A stretch of 64,000 nt of DNA from Escherichia coli. GTDB lineage: Bacteria > Pseudomonadota > Gammaproteobacteria > Enterobacterales > Enterobacteriaceae. Position numbers and translations under genes: made by a program. The notes beneath the pieces are model-generated. The model saw only the letters and a program-made list of their open reading frames with translations. It searched no databases and had not been told where the DNA came from. Location: the NCBI RefSeq assembly GCF_044324875.1, contig NZ_CP172188.1. One strand, written 5' to 3'. This document shows, in pieces, positions 1-9,530 of the stretch; position 1 is the stretch's first letter; every line of letters starts with the position of its first letter.

Positions 1-192
1 ATTTTCGGCGCCGCGATCGATAAGGTCGCCAACCGATATCAGTAAATCCTGTGTCGGGTCAAAATCCACACGATGGAGTTCATTCATAAGTAGGGTGTAG
101 CAACCGTGCAAATCACCAATAACCCATATGTTTCTGTAGCCTGAACCATCAATACGGCTATATAAATTCACTTCATGCAGAGCCTGGATCAT
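1..192 (-). CDS. Ser/Thr protein phosphatase (lambda PPase/PrpA-like metallophosphatase), 3' end cut by window edge
   Basis: Minus-strand ATG at 192 overlaps upstream stop (ATGA); N-terminus read from DNA has GDLHG and GDLIDRG metallophosphatase motifs. Confidence 0.7.
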   Translation of the reverse strand, partial: MIQALHEVNLYSRIDGSGYRNIWVIGDLHGCYTLLMNELHRVDFDPTQDLLISVGDLIDRGAEN

Positions 193-500
193 GCGGCAAC
201 CTTCTCCCGCAGCCAGATACAAACTGGACCATCTTCAGTGTCATGAATAGAGCCAACAAACCAGCCTTCACCCTCTGGTCGCTCCGGTTCCCAGGCGGCA
301 ATATCGGGACCAGCTGCGTCCAGATCAAAATCATCTTCATCCATACTGCGAATAGTCCACTGAAGATTATTTTCCTTCATCCAGGCGTCAAATTCCTCAG
401 TGGATATATATTCACGACCTGCGCAAAACTTTTCATACTCCGGATGTGTCCAGCAGCCATATTCATCACGTTCTACCGGCATTTCTTTAATGATGCTCAC
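189..500 (-). CDS. hypothetical protein (103 aa), acidic
   Basis: ORF translationally coupled (start/stop overlap) to neighbours in a minus-strand operon. Confidence 0.45.
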   Translation of the reverse strand: MSIIKEMPVERDEYGCWTHPEYEKFCAGREYISTEEFDAWMKENNLQWTIRSMDEDDFDLDAAGPDIAAWEPERPEGEGWFVGSIHDTEDGPVCIWLREKVAA

Positions 501-721
501 TCTTCATCCTCCAAGTCGGCAACGGCATCCATCACATCAGAACCGCGAATAACCTCAAAAGCACGGCAGGCCATTTCAAACACCTGTTGTTCTTGCGGAT
601 GCGGTGACTCCCAATACTTAAAACCAGGTCGATGCTCGTAACCCATCATGGAATAAAAATCGCCAGCAAGTTCAATCGCGGCATCAACAAGTTCGCGATT
701 TGTCATCGTCTGTTCTGTCAT
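497..721 (-). CDS. hypothetical protein (74 aa)
   Basis: ORF with ATGA-type overlap to flanking genes in same operon. Confidence 0.45.
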   Translation of the reverse strand: MTEQTMTNRELVDAAIELAGDFYSMMGYEHRPGFKYWESPHPQEQQVFEMACRAFEVIRGSDVMDAVADLEDEE

Positions 722-993
722 TTGGTTTTCTCCTGTCTGAACATCACTATCATCAGGTCGCCTTTTGTCGCTATCCTCGCTGTTGTGCCTGGTTCAATGC
801 GGCTAAGTTCAAATGCGTCATAGAACGCCTCCAACGCTTTCTGGCGTTTTTCCTGTTTGCGGCGCTTTCCCCACTGCTTTAGAAAAACAGAGGCCGCCCA
901 CTTCCCCGCACTGAACATGATGTAAAACCAACCGAGAAGTGCCAGACCGGTATTTAGGAGCGTATCGATCGTTATTGTCGTGTCGATATTCAC
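718..993 (-). CDS. small membrane protein (91 aa)
   Basis: Hydrophobic N-terminal segment followed by basic tail; coupled to flanking genes. Confidence 0.45.
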   Translation of the reverse strand: MNIDTTITIDTLLNTGLALLGWFYIMFSAGKWAASVFLKQWGKRRKQEKRQKALEAFYDAFELSRIEPGTTARIATKGDLMIVMFRQEKTK

Positions 994-1706
994 TGGTTGC
1001 CTCCTTTGCGAAGCTGGTCGGCGAACAAACGTACACCAGACGCTTCACTGCGTAGAAACTTAACGGCATAATCAAAACCACCTCGTTCTGCGTCGTCTGC
1101 TGCGTTGTCGAGGTTATCTGCGTACATCTCTACCCCCTGCGCACGCACTTCAGCCAGGAAAGCGTCGGTGGCTGGGGTTTCAACACGGATGCTGTCGCGC
1201 AAGATGAAAAATGCATTGAGCATTCCTGTCTCTGGCACTTCATCCTGATGCTTCTCATACGCATCAAGAGCCTTCATCATCTCAGCTCCGAATGGTTGAG
1301 GGTGCACAGACTTCAGCTCCGCATTCTCCGCCGCCAGCACCACGCGTTCGCTCTCCAGTTCTGCAATGCGCTGTTTTGCGGCATCAAGTTCAATCGATAA
1401 TTTTTCCAACTGCTCTTTATGCTTCTTGTATTCCTGATATGCGTGCCAAGACTGACCTTTGCGCACACTATCCGTGATATCAGTAATCTGTTCTGGTGTT
1501 AGCGTGGTCAGTGGCTGTGCTGGGAAAATCAGCACTTTCCCGGAATCCCAATCAAAACCAGCGTGAATTGACTGAACCTCAACTGAAGGTGTTGAACCAA
1601 TGCTGCCAGGCGAATGAACAACGATCGTTACATCCATATCGCGACGATGGCTGTGGTTGTTGGACAAAATACGATTCACCAACTCAGAAAATTTGGAAAA
1701 TTTCAT
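990..1706 (-). CDS. hypothetical coiled-coil protein (238 aa)
   Basis: ORF 990..1757; likely start is ATG at 1706 overlapping the upstream stop (ATGA); central coiled-coil segment. Confidence 0.5.
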   Translation of the reverse strand: MKFSKFSELVNRILSNNHSHRRDMDVTIVVHSPGSIGSTPSVEVQSIHAGFDWDSGKVLIFPAQPLTTLTPEQITDITDSVRKGQSWHAYQEYKKHKEQLEKLSIELDAAKQRIAELESERVVLAAENAELKSVHPQPFGAEMMKALDAYEKHQDEVPETGMLNAFFILRDSIRVETPATDAFLAEVRAQGVEMYADNLDNAADDAERGGFDYAVKFLRSEASGVRLFADQLRKGGNQ

Positions 1707-2065
1707 GCTGATTCCCTTTGCTCTTCCTGGATAATGTTGTTGCAATCTTTCACGCACTCGTTGCAGATGAAAACGTTGTCCCCGGCAATTAACTTTTTAA
1801 CGGTGTGCTGGGATTTGTTGCAGAAGCTGCAATAAAGCGTTGGACTGGCTGATACGGATGGTGCGCCAGATGTCAGCCGCGCGATGTCGTTCTTGCGACG
1901 CAATATCACACGGCTGCACTCGACCAGCATCTCCGGGGATATCTCCTCCTCCGTAGCGAGCGTTTCTAATCGTTCGAGTATGTGGAAGGCTTTTTCCTGG
2001 GTAATCCTGGGTAATTCAGCGTTACGCTCTGCCAGTTGTGCGGGCGTTAAACCTTCAGACTTCAT
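1703..2065 (-). CDS. ClpX-type C4 zinc-finger (zinc-binding domain) protein
   Basis: C-terminal [36 protein letters not shown] closely matches the ClpX N-terminal zinc-binding domain motif; no AAA+ module. Confidence 0.6.
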   Translation of the reverse strand: MKSEGLTPAQLAERNAELPRITQEKAFHILERLETLATEEEISPEMLVECSRVILRRKNDIARLTSGAPSVSASPTLYCSFCNKSQHTVKKLIAGDNVFICNECVKDCNNIIQEEQRESA

Positions 2066-2339
2066 ACACTCTCCTTTCGAAATAAACGTACTGATTAATC
2101 ATGCCCAGGGGCATTTCGAGTTTTTCCGCGATCTCACGGCGGGGAACACCACACTGATGAAGCTGCCGTGCCAGTTCTATATCGCTCTGCCGGTATTTGG
2201 CTGACGGATGAAAGTCACCTTTCAGAATCATTCTGATCCCCAGTTCCCGCGCTTTAGTCCTGACAGCATCTCCGGTACGCCCGATCAGCCTCCCTATACT
2301 CTCGACTGTCATAGTTCCGGCACACTGGCGGAGTATCAT
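2055..2339 (-). CDS. putative DNA-binding regulatory protein (94 aa)
   Basis: ORF 2055..2372; likely ATG at 2339; helix-turn-helix-like segments; first gene of the operon downstream of the IS. Confidence 0.4.
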   Translation of the reverse strand: MILRQCAGTMTVESIGRLIGRTGDAVRTKARELGIRMILKGDFHPSAKYRQSDIELARQLHQCGVPRREIAEKLEMPLGMINQYVYFERRVYEV

Positions 2340-2519
2340 GATTTCTGCCCTTCTCCATCCCCGCCATCTCACGCTGACATCCTCTTAGACATAAACTCAA
2401 CAAAACGAACTGCATCTTCAGAAACAACGCCGCATGACTTCAGCGAAAAACCGCCGAGAACCCTCGCCCAATGCGGGCGGGGAGGAAAGGCGGAAAAGCC
2501 CGAAGGGCTTTAAAAAAAA

Positions 2520-2945
2520 TCATTCCGGCGTTGACTGGTTTTGAACGTAAGCCCTGAGTGTTTCAATCGTTGCTCCTCCGGTACTACATGCAAAGTAGGC
2601 TCTCGACCAAAGCAAGCCTGTTTTGCTCTGTGTTCGTAAATGTGTGTTTTGTTGACGTAGCAGACGTGACGATACTGATTTCAAATTATTCACCATTACG
2701 CTGACTGCCAGCTTTGGCGGATAGGCAACCAGTAGATGTACATGATCTGCTTCTCCATCCATTTCAAGAATTTCGCATTCAAGTTTTGCAGCAGCGGAAC
2801 AAAAAGCTTCCCGTAGTTGCTCTATCATGCAGCCGTCAAAAAGTTTTCTGCGGTATTTTGTAGTGAAAATTAAATGCACAACGAGCTTACTCACGCTGTG
2901 ACGTTTCCGAAGGAATCCCTCAAGGGATTCATGCTGTTCGCTCAA
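2520..2945 (-). CDS. tnpA: IS200/IS605 TnpA (Y1 HUH transposase)
   Basis: HVHLLV (HUH) motif, KYRRK motif, about 140 aa; followed on the minus strand by a hairpin plus T-run. Confidence 0.85.
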   Translation of the reverse strand: MSEQHESLEGFLRKRHSVSKLVVHLIFTTKYRRKLFDGCMIEQLREAFCSAAAKLECEILEMDGEADHVHLLVAYPPKLAVSVMVNNLKSVSSRLLRQQNTHLRTQSKTGLLWSRAYFACSTGGATIETLRAYVQNQSTPE

Positions 2946-3001
2946 TTGAAAAAACGCCTCAATTTGTTAAAATGATTGAATAATATCAATGAGCGCTGAG
3001 T

Positions 3002-4180
3002 ATGTTAAGAGCGACAAAAGTACGCATATATCCCACTACTGAACAGGCTGAGTATCTCAATGCCCAGTTCGGTGCGGTACGTTTTGCGTACAATAAAGCT
3101 CTTCACATCAAAAAACATGCTTACCAGCGATACGGGGTGAATTTAAGTCCGCGCAAAGATTTAAAGCCGTTGCTGTCTATAGCGAAGAAGTCCCGTAAGT
3201 ATGCCTGGCTCAAAGAGTTTGATTCAATGGCATTGCAACAGGCAGTAATTAATCTTGATGCGGCATTTTCCAACTTTTTTAATCCGAAGCTGAAAGCACG
3301 GTTCCCGACGTTTAAACGTAAACACGGGAGACAATCGAGCTATCACTGCACCGGAATCAAGGTGCTGGATGATGCCATTAAGATCCCTAAACTGAATCTG
3401 CCGATAAAGGCGCGTATACACCGTGTAATTACGGGAAAAGTAACGAGCATAACAATTACTCGCAATGCCGCTGGGGAATATCACGCATCCATCCTTTGTG
3501 ATGACGGTATTCCCGCGCCAGAGAAACCCACGTATCTGGAAGAAGAAAAGATTACTGGTGTGGACATGGGATTAACAGATTATGCCATCAAATCGGATGG
3601 TAATAAGGTTGGTAATCCTCGTCATCTCATCAATGCCAGTCGTAATCTGCGACGCAAACAAAAAGCGTTATCCCGCAAGCAAAAGGGAAGCGCGAACCGT
3701 AAAAAGGCCAGAATCCGTCTGGCAGCGTTACACGAACGGGTGGCTAATGCCCGTGCTGATTTTCAACACAAGCTCTCTCGTGCAATTGTTGACGAAAACC
3801 AAGCGGTAATTGTCGAGACGCTGAAAACAGCCAACATGATGAAAAACCACAATCTGGCAAGAGCGATAGGTGATGCAGGCTGGCATAGCTTCATCACAAA
3901 GCTGGAGTACAAGGCAGCGGAAAAAGGCGTTCACCTGGTAAAACTCGACCAGTGGTTTGCCAGTTCGAAAACGTGCCATTGTTGTGGTTACAAAATGCCG
4001 GAAATGCCGCTTCATAAACGCATCTGGCGATGCCCTGAATGTGGAGCAGAGCACGACCGCGATATCAATGCGGCGCTCAATATCCGGCAAAAAGGAATAC
4101 TGGAACTAAAGGCGGCGGGACTCGTCGTTTCTGTCCATGGAGGCCAGCGTAAATCCGTCGAACAGACGGTAGCGGCCTGA
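3002..4180 (+). CDS. tnpB: TnpB (OrfB) RNA-guided nuclease of IS200/IS605
   Basis: 392 aa; C-terminal zinc finger CHCCGYK...CPECGAEHDRDINAALNI typical of TnpB/OrfB; divergent from tnpA. Confidence 0.9.
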   Translation: MLRATKVRIYPTTEQAEYLNAQFGAVRFAYNKALHIKKHAYQRYGVNLSPRKDLKPLLSIAKKSRKYAWLKEFDSMALQQAVINLDAAFSNFFNPKLKARFPTFKRKHGRQSSYHCTGIKVLDDAIKIPKLNLPIKARIHRVITGKVTSITITRNAAGEYHASILCDDGIPAPEKPTYLEEEKITGVDMGLTDYAIKSDGNKVGNPRHLINASRNLRRKQKALSRKQKGSANRKKARIRLAALHERVANARADFQHKLSRAIVDENQAVIVETLKTANMMKNHNLARAIGDAGWHSFITKLEYKAAEKGVHLVKLDQWFASSKTCHCCGYKMPEMPLHKRIWRCPECGAEHDRDINAALNIRQKGILELKAAGLVVSVHGGQRKSVEQTVAA

Positions 4181-4240
4181 GAAGTGGGAAGCCTCGCCCG
4201 ACAGGGCGGGGAGCAGTCACATAATTCATTGCGTCATTAG
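4060..4240 (+). ncRNA. putative TnpB-associated omega RNA / right-end element (boundaries approximate)
   Basis: Inferred from established TnpB biology (guide RNA from the tnpB 3' end and right end); subterminal hairpin at 4193-4212. Confidence 0.3.
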
Positions 4241-4769
4241 GTAGCGGATTAGTTGGTTCGGCATTTGCCAGGGATTGAGATAAACGCGTGATTAATTTGA
4301 CCATTCTCCGCTGCCGGAGGTTGTATCCTTCAGCTAAAGACAGGTAACTGGAAAGGGTATTGCTTAAGCGGGCGCGAAGCTGATCCGTGCCGTGACATTC
4401 AATAGCAACATCACGTAACGCATCGACCAGTTCACGGTAAAGATGCGCTGCCATTCTGCAATCTGTGTCAGATGGTGCTTCATAAATTACCGTCAACCCC
4501 AGTTTTTCAGCCAGAGCGTGTTCTGCACGTGCTCCTGCGGACACATCCCATCCCTTAAGCAGATAGATCGCATCAGCAGAACGCACCATTGCCAGGCAAA
4601 TATCCATGTATTCACTCTGGCAAAGGCCACCAGGTAACACAGCTGGATTCAGAACGATATGCCCTTCAGACATCAGCTCGCTCGCTTTCGCATTAAACGC
4701 CGCACGGTTGTAGTCTGGATAACCAGTCATCGGCCCCGCGATGTAAATTTTCAAAACACGTTTCACCAT
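4077..4769 (-). CDS. DUF4406 / nucleoside 2-deoxyribosyltransferase-like protein, 3' end interrupted by the IS right end
   Basis: N-terminal KIYIAGPMTG...GWDVSAGARAEHALAEKLGL fold signature; reading frame runs without stop across the IS boundary (about 4225), so the last ~50 codons are IS-derived. Confidence 0.5.
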   Translation of the reverse strand: MVKRVLKIYIAGPMTGYPDYNRAAFNAKASELMSEGHIVLNPAVLPGGLCQSEYMDICLAMVRSADAIYLLKGWDVSAGARAEHALAEKLGLTVIYEAPSDTDCRMAAHLYRELVDALRDVAIECHGTDQLRARLSNTLSSYLSLAEGYNLRQRRMVKLITRLSQSLANAEPTNPLPNDAMNYVTAPRPVGRGFPLLRPLPSVRRIYAGLHGQKRRVPPPLVPVFLFAGY

Positions 4770-4962
4770 CAAAATTTCCCCAAAATCGTGACGCAAAACA
4801 TAAGCACTGCGAAAAGCTCAATACCAAGCTCAAGTAGCGCCAACGCCCCGAAAAACAACACATAGAACAGGCCAATCTCATTCACAGATGGCTGGTGGAT
4901 CGCACTTAAAGCTATAAGCATCATGTCCTCCAAACAGTTATCAGGAATGATATTAATGTTTT

Positions 4963-4982
4963 GTGTTAGAAAATCAATTTTG
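4963..4982. promoter_or_regulatory. operator-like motif (TGTGTTAGAAAA...TTT family), upstream of ref
   Basis: One of seven occurrences of a shared motif, all intergenic; loosely resembles the P1 C1 operator. Confidence 0.35.
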
Positions 4983-5041
4983 AATATCTAACTGTTTTGA
5001 TCAATCATAGAAAAATAGCTGAAAAGTAAGAGGCAGCCATC

Positions 5042-5620
5042 ATGCAGAAACAGAGCTATTGGGAGAAACAGAGACAAAAAGCCATGCAAAAATTGGCTGA
5101 CCCAGCCTGGCGAGAGGAACAAAGGGCAAAGCGCCTTCAACAAGCTCAACGCCAGCAGCAGCGAGCGAGAGAAAAAGCCGCATCGCCTGAATATCGGCAA
5201 AAGAAAATTGAAAAAGCAAAGCAATATGAACAGCGGAGAAAAGATAAAGCTGTATCCGCTCCGCCCAAAAAAACACGCACGTCACGCGGCCTGAAGGGCA
5301 GATCACTCACAGCCGATGAACGCCGGATACAGACCGCTATCGGTACTCTCCCCTGCATTGCCTGCCATATTCACGGGCAACATAGCCCAGTGGTATCCCT
5401 GCACCATATCTTCGGGAGAACGGCAGAGAACGCACATAAATATGTCCTCCCTTTGTGTAAATGGCACCACCAGTACGCAGCGCCAGCCGAGGTCCGAGAA
5501 CAATATCCCTGGCTGGTCCCTGTTCATGCTGATGGAAAAATAGGCGGAAAAGCAGATTTCATACGGCACAATGCCGATGAAATGGCGTTGTATCAGATGG
5601 CGATTGAATTAATAAATTAG
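5042..5620 (+). CDS. ref: Ref-like HNH endonuclease (recombination enhancement function)
   Basis: Highly charged K/R/Q-rich N-terminus followed by HNH core CIACHIHG...SLHHI...CKWHH; architecture as in P1 Ref. Confidence 0.6.
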   Translation: MQKQSYWEKQRQKAMQKLADPAWREEQRAKRLQQAQRQQQRAREKAASPEYRQKKIEKAKQYEQRRKDKAVSAPPKKTRTSRGLKGRSLTADERRIQTAIGTLPCIACHIHGQHSPVVSLHHIFGRTAENAHKYVLPLCKWHHQYAAPAEVREQYPWLVPVHADGKIGGKADFIRHNADEMALYQMAIELIN

Positions 5621-5631
5621 TTTTCTAACAT
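5621..5631. promoter_or_regulatory. operator-like motif copy (ttttctaacat)
   Basis: Core TTCTAACA motif immediately after the ref stop. Confidence 0.25.
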
Positions 5632-5951
5632 TTTAAGTTGAATTGTAAATTTCTCCGATGTACATTCACTACCGATTGGCACACCGGTCAACTTTTTGAG
5701 ACAAACTGTTTAGTTTTTCGTATTATTGCCCCCGCCATACCTATGGCGGTGCAATATAGGTGGCTGAAAAGCCCCCGTTGACTCACGGTGTTCCAGCCTT
5801 TATTGCGCCGCCACCAGACCGTGGAACAGTCGATGGCGGCTCCGAAAGCAAGGAGTCACTACACTATGAACAACTACAGTCTTTTCCCATCACTCGTCGT
5901 CCACCACTCACGCGATAATCTGCATTCTTTATTCGCGCTGGGGGAGTCAAA

Positions 5952-6119
5952 ATGACTGTTCGCTACCTCAACTTTCAAATCAAGAACATTACTGGCGGTT
6001 GCTATGACTGGTTTGTCACTCTCGGAAAAGAAGTGATTACCGGGAAGCTGGATGAAGTGAAAGCTAAAGCAATGGCCTACGCCTGCAAGCAAGCCCGGAA
6101 GAAATCCGCCAAAGCATAA
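5952..6119 (+). CDS. small hypothetical protein (55 aa)
   Basis: ATG preceded by GGGGAG; overlaps (ATGA) a 29-codon ORF at 5866..5955 that has an AAGGAG RBS; below the 60 aa ORF-track cutoff. Confidence 0.3.
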   Translation: MTVRYLNFQIKNITGGCYDWFVTLGKEVITGKLDEVKAKAMAYACKQARKKSAKA

Positions 6120-6431
6120 AATACTGACTGTTGCGCCCTGGCATTATCGTGGGGTATATTTCTACGGCACCTTAGAAAAACGGGTGCCGGGATTGGAACC
6201 CCGGATAATGCAAAAGGCGACACAGACGCCGAAAGCGTCTTTTCTTGTGTCATGCCATCGCACAGCCATACGTAGCGTTTAGCTCAGAGATCAATGGTAG
6301 TGCTGGCTGGGCTGCCGAAAGGCAGGCCGGTTCCCTTTTGCGCCGGTAGTTCCAACCCAGTCAGTGCTACCGCCATTGAGATTGGAACCTCACGCGGTAG
6401 CTCCTTAAATTAGCAAAAGGAGGCTGCCAAT

Positions 6432-6647
6432 ATGGCTACTATCCCTACCCCAACTCATTCTGAATTTATCTGGCGTTTCTATTCCTGCCAAAAACACCTG
6501 TATATCTGCGTCATGGCTGCAACCGAAGCAGAAGCTCGTTCATACCTTCCTGAAGAACCCTGCATTTTTGCCGCACGCTTCACTCTTGATGCGATGGAGA
6601 TCCTCAATTACTGGAATCTGCCAATGAACTGCGTGGAGGTGCACTGA
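6432..6647 (+). CDS. icd: Icd-like small protein (host cell division inhibitor family)
   Basis: About 71 aa, paralogous to two other copies in the window (EFIWRFYSC...AATEAEARS...CVEVH); stop overlaps the ant start. Confidence 0.7.
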   Translation: MATIPTPTHSEFIWRFYSCQKHLYICVMAATEAEARSYLPEEPCIFAARFTLDAMEILNYWNLPMNCVEVH

Positions 6648-7588
6648 TGAATCTGTCCATCTCTCAAAAAGCGACAATGACCAGCATTGAGATCGCGGAA
6701 CTGGTAGGAAGTCGCCAAGATAGTGTGAAGAGAACTATCGAAACACTGGCTAAAAAGAGTGTGATCCAATTTCCACAATCTGTGGAAATTGAAAATAAAC
6801 AATCAGTTGGCCCTCGTCGATTTTCCAAGGCTTACATCTTTGAAGGCGAACAAGGCAAGCGCGATAGTATCATTGTCGTCGCACAGCTCTCTCCGGAATT
6901 CACCGCCCGGCTGGTGGACCGCTGGCGCGAACTGGAGAATGCCAGGGGACCGTTAAAATCAAAAGCCGAAATCCTGGCTGAAATGGCGCAAATGCATCTT
7001 GAGCATGAACGCCGGATCAACGCCGTAAATGCCCAGGTAGCCGAGGTATCAGCACAAGTATCGATGGTCGCTGAAACACTCGAGCAAATAAAGAAAGGCA
7101 ATATGCCGGAAGGCTACATTGGCTACCGCCAGCTGGCGGCGAAATGCGGCCTGACTGAAGCCAAATGTCGCAACCTGGTTAACGCTTACCGGATACCCAC
7201 TGATACGCATGAGTTTTTGACTCCCGACGGTTTGCTTGCGCGACGCTCAATTGTGGCCCTGGCCCCCTTCCGGAAAGCCTTTAAGCAGGTTATGTCGGAG
7301 GCAGAACCACGCAACAAACGCTGGTATCATCCAAAGATGGGGATGTTTCAGGCAATCCACCATCCTGTGCCTGAAAGTCCAAAGGCAAACCTGTCGTTGC
7401 ATACCGCCAGAGAGAGGATTAAAACAGGGTATGCAATCGTATGCCGTCGAGCATCTTGGCCTGAAGGTGTATGGGTATGGCCCGAAGGTGGATCACGAAA
7501 GCACTGGCGCACTATCCGGGATGGGAAAATCCATGCGATTGATTTAGCTCCAGAGGATGTTGTTGCTACGGACTGGATTGTTAGTTAA
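6647..7588 (+). CDS. ant: Rha-family phage antirepressor (Ant), copy 1
   Basis: N-terminal Rha-like TSIEIAELVGSRQDSVKR; C-terminal ~200 aa near-identical to the copy at 39035..40033. Confidence 0.8.
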   Translation: MNLSISQKATMTSIEIAELVGSRQDSVKRTIETLAKKSVIQFPQSVEIENKQSVGPRRFSKAYIFEGEQGKRDSIIVVAQLSPEFTARLVDRWRELENARGPLKSKAEILAEMAQMHLEHERRINAVNAQVAEVSAQVSMVAETLEQIKKGNMPEGYIGYRQLAAKCGLTEAKCRNLVNAYRIPTDTHEFLTPDGLLARRSIVALAPFRKAFKQVMSEAEPRNKRWYHPKMGMFQAIHHPVPESPKANLSLHTARERIKTGYAIVCRRASWPEGVWVWPEGGSRKHWRTIRDGKIHAIDLAPEDVVATDWIVS

Positions 7589-7596
7589 TTACTGTT

Positions 7597-7618
7597 GCCC
7601 CGGCCTGTCCGGGGCTTT
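7597..7618 (+). terminator. rho-independent terminator hairpin after ant
   Basis: gccccggcctgtccggggc stem-loop followed by TTT; same hairpin after the other two ant copies. Confidence 0.6.
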
Positions 7619-7647
7619 AACTACTAAATAACCGGATTCTCCGCACG

Positions 7648-7932
7648 ATGAAGAAAATAGATTTCACTTACTCTGCTGCCACAATCCAGCGACGTTTCAG
7701 TCTCATAAGGGAAGTGGAACTATCAAAAAACTGGTATCAAATTCTACTGGATGAAGAGTTTTCACTGATGGTTATAGCAGAAAAATTGGCTATGCCGAAT
7801 GACCGGCACAAGGTCATAGCCAGCCTGGATCTGGTGACAAACAGATACTGGGAATCCGAGGAACTACTTGAAGTTGGCTTGATACGCGAGATGATAGAAC
7901 AGGCTGTTCCCCTCCACTTACAGCAACCATAA
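7648..7932 (+). CDS. hypothetical protein (94 aa)
   Basis: ORF at the start of a low-GC island; no recognisable motif. Confidence 0.4.
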   Translation: MKKIDFTYSAATIQRRFSLIREVELSKNWYQILLDEEFSLMVIAEKLAMPNDRHKVIASLDLVTNRYWESEELLEVGLIREMIEQAVPLHLQQP

Positions 7933-8068
7933 TTGAAAGGTCTTAACGATAGTCTGCCACGAATAGTTACTTTCACTGCCTAAAGTTATTTAATTGCATT
8001 ACAAAGTGTAAATTAGTAACATTAGAATCTCACACAGCACTATAACTATATGTTTTTTATGTAAAAGG

Positions 8069-8428
8069 ATGATAATCGTGGCTACTAAAATTAAACTTGA
8101 AAACCCTCAAACTGGCGAATCAATCACCGGTTTTTATGGTTTTTCCTGGACTACATTCTTGTTTGGTGCTTTTCCAGCTTTGTTCAGGAAAGACTTTATA
8201 ACTTTTATTGGGGTATTCGTAGTGATGCTGATACTGGCATTCCTCACAGCCGGAATTGGCCCGTGGATTGCCTCATTTATCTGGGCGTTCATGTATAATA
8301 AATATTTCACCGTAAATAAGATAAAACAAGGCTTCATTTTTGCTGGTTCTCACACAGAAAATGAGTTGGCTGCTAGCAAGCTAGGATTGTCATTAAATCA
8401 AAACAACTGCAAAACTATTACCGAGTAA
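8069..8428 (+). CDS. small integral membrane protein (119 aa)
   Basis: Two to three hydrophobic helices (FLFGAFPALF, IGVFVVMLILAFLTAGIGPWIASFIWAF); low-GC region. Confidence 0.5.
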   Translation: MIIVATKIKLENPQTGESITGFYGFSWTTFLFGAFPALFRKDFITFIGVFVVMLILAFLTAGIGPWIASFIWAFMYNKYFTVNKIKQGFIFAGSHTENELAASKLGLSLNQNNCKTITE

Positions 8429-8468
8429 TAGCCAAAAAGCAGGCTTAATAGTAAGCCTGCTATGTCAA

Positions 8469-9290
8469 TCACGAATCTCTCTGACAATTCAGAAACATAA
8501 ACGCCCGCTTGTCTGTTAAATCCGTAACATAATACTCTCTCATGCCTGTAGGTTTTATTCTACGAGCATATACAAACTTATGAACTGGTTGTTTTTCCCC
8601 ATAACTTACATCAGTCCTAAATTCATCAACCACGCTACCATCTTTTTCGACTTCCTTCCTCACCAGCTTATTTTCTAATGCTGGCTTTAATTCGTCCATG
8701 CCACTAAAAGCATCCTGGCCTGTACTATTGCCTCGATTTCCGCGCGGCAAATCCCAGGAGAAATAAGTGCCATAGTCAGTAATCACACGATCCCAGACTC
8801 CGGTATCCCCCATATAGTTAGAGCGCTTTCCATTGTAGGTTACAGCCACTTTACAGGAGTACGTTTCTTCATTCCCTCCAGCCTTACTCGCTGTGGTTGC
8901 AGGGATATTTTGGATAGATGCGCTTACGTCATCTTGCGTTAATTCCTCAACTGGAGCAAATTCATATATGGGTGTGCCGAGGCTATTTAAATATAACTTA
9001 TATCTAACCCTAAGCGCACTTCCATCTGAGAATTCATACGTTCCCAGGCATTGGAGCTTATTTTTTTCTCTTATCTCATTGATCTGATAATAAGCATCAA
9101 TTACAGAGATTGCTTCCTGATCGTCCTTCAGCAGTTCATTATAATCATCAATTAACATCTGTCTGGTTTTAGGGGCATTGCAGTCAATTTTGCTAAAATC
9201 ATAAGCAAAGGCAAATGTGGGAACAGAGAGAGCAACAACAGTAGCAAGTATTGTTGAGGAACATCTTTTTCCATTTTTTATAAAAAACAT
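8469..9290 (-). CDS. secreted/periplasmic protein of unknown function (273 aa)
   Basis: ORF 8469..9353; likely start is ATG at 9290 with GGAG RBS, giving signal peptide MFFIKNGKRCSSTILATVVALSVPTFAFA; low-GC. Confidence 0.5.
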   Translation of the reverse strand: MFFIKNGKRCSSTILATVVALSVPTFAFAYDFSKIDCNAPKTRQMLIDDYNELLKDDQEAISVIDAYYQINEIREKNKLQCLGTYEFSDGSALRVRYKLYLNSLGTPIYEFAPVEELTQDDVSASIQNIPATTASKAGGNEETYSCKVAVTYNGKRSNYMGDTGVWDRVITDYGTYFSWDLPRGNRGNSTGQDAFSGMDELKPALENKLVRKEVEKDGSVVDEFRTDVSYGEKQPVHKFVYARRIKPTGMREYYVTDLTDKRAFMFLNCQRDS

Positions 9291-9530
9291 TTCATTAACT
9301 CCATACTTTACCATCTTAGCCGCGAGCGCGGTCCCTAAAACCATTAACTTCACTGCACCGTTCCTTCATGCAATCAAAATGACTTTTATGTTATAAAAAT
9401 AATCAGCCAAATCAACATGATTTAGGCCAAATGCGTATTCCGCTCTATTCGATCACGGATTGGCATCGAAGTCCGATCAGCGATTCGCATCCATTCGATC
9501 AACCGGGAACTTAACTTTTTCTACCGCTTT

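Larger units (their letters stand above)
2440..4225. mobile_element. IS200/IS605-family insertion sequence (divergent tnpA/tnpB, IS605-like); ends approximate
   Basis: tnpA + tnpB pair; both ends carry similar imperfect hairpins on the same strand (ctcgcccaatgcgggcgggg near 2471, ctcgcccgacagggcgggg near 4193). Confidence 0.7.

Noticed and set aside
2208-2513. 101-aa plus-strand ORF spanning the IS left end
   Set aside because: Crosses the IS terminus and hairpin, antisense to the 2055-2339 gene; low-complexity translation.
6121-6330. Possible tRNA or tRNA-like gene upstream of icd copy 1
   Set aside because: No cloverleaf with T-arm GTTC-type consensus could be drawn by eye; only hairpins and a terminator-like stem-loop (about 6225-6255). 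Needs tRNAscan or covariance search.
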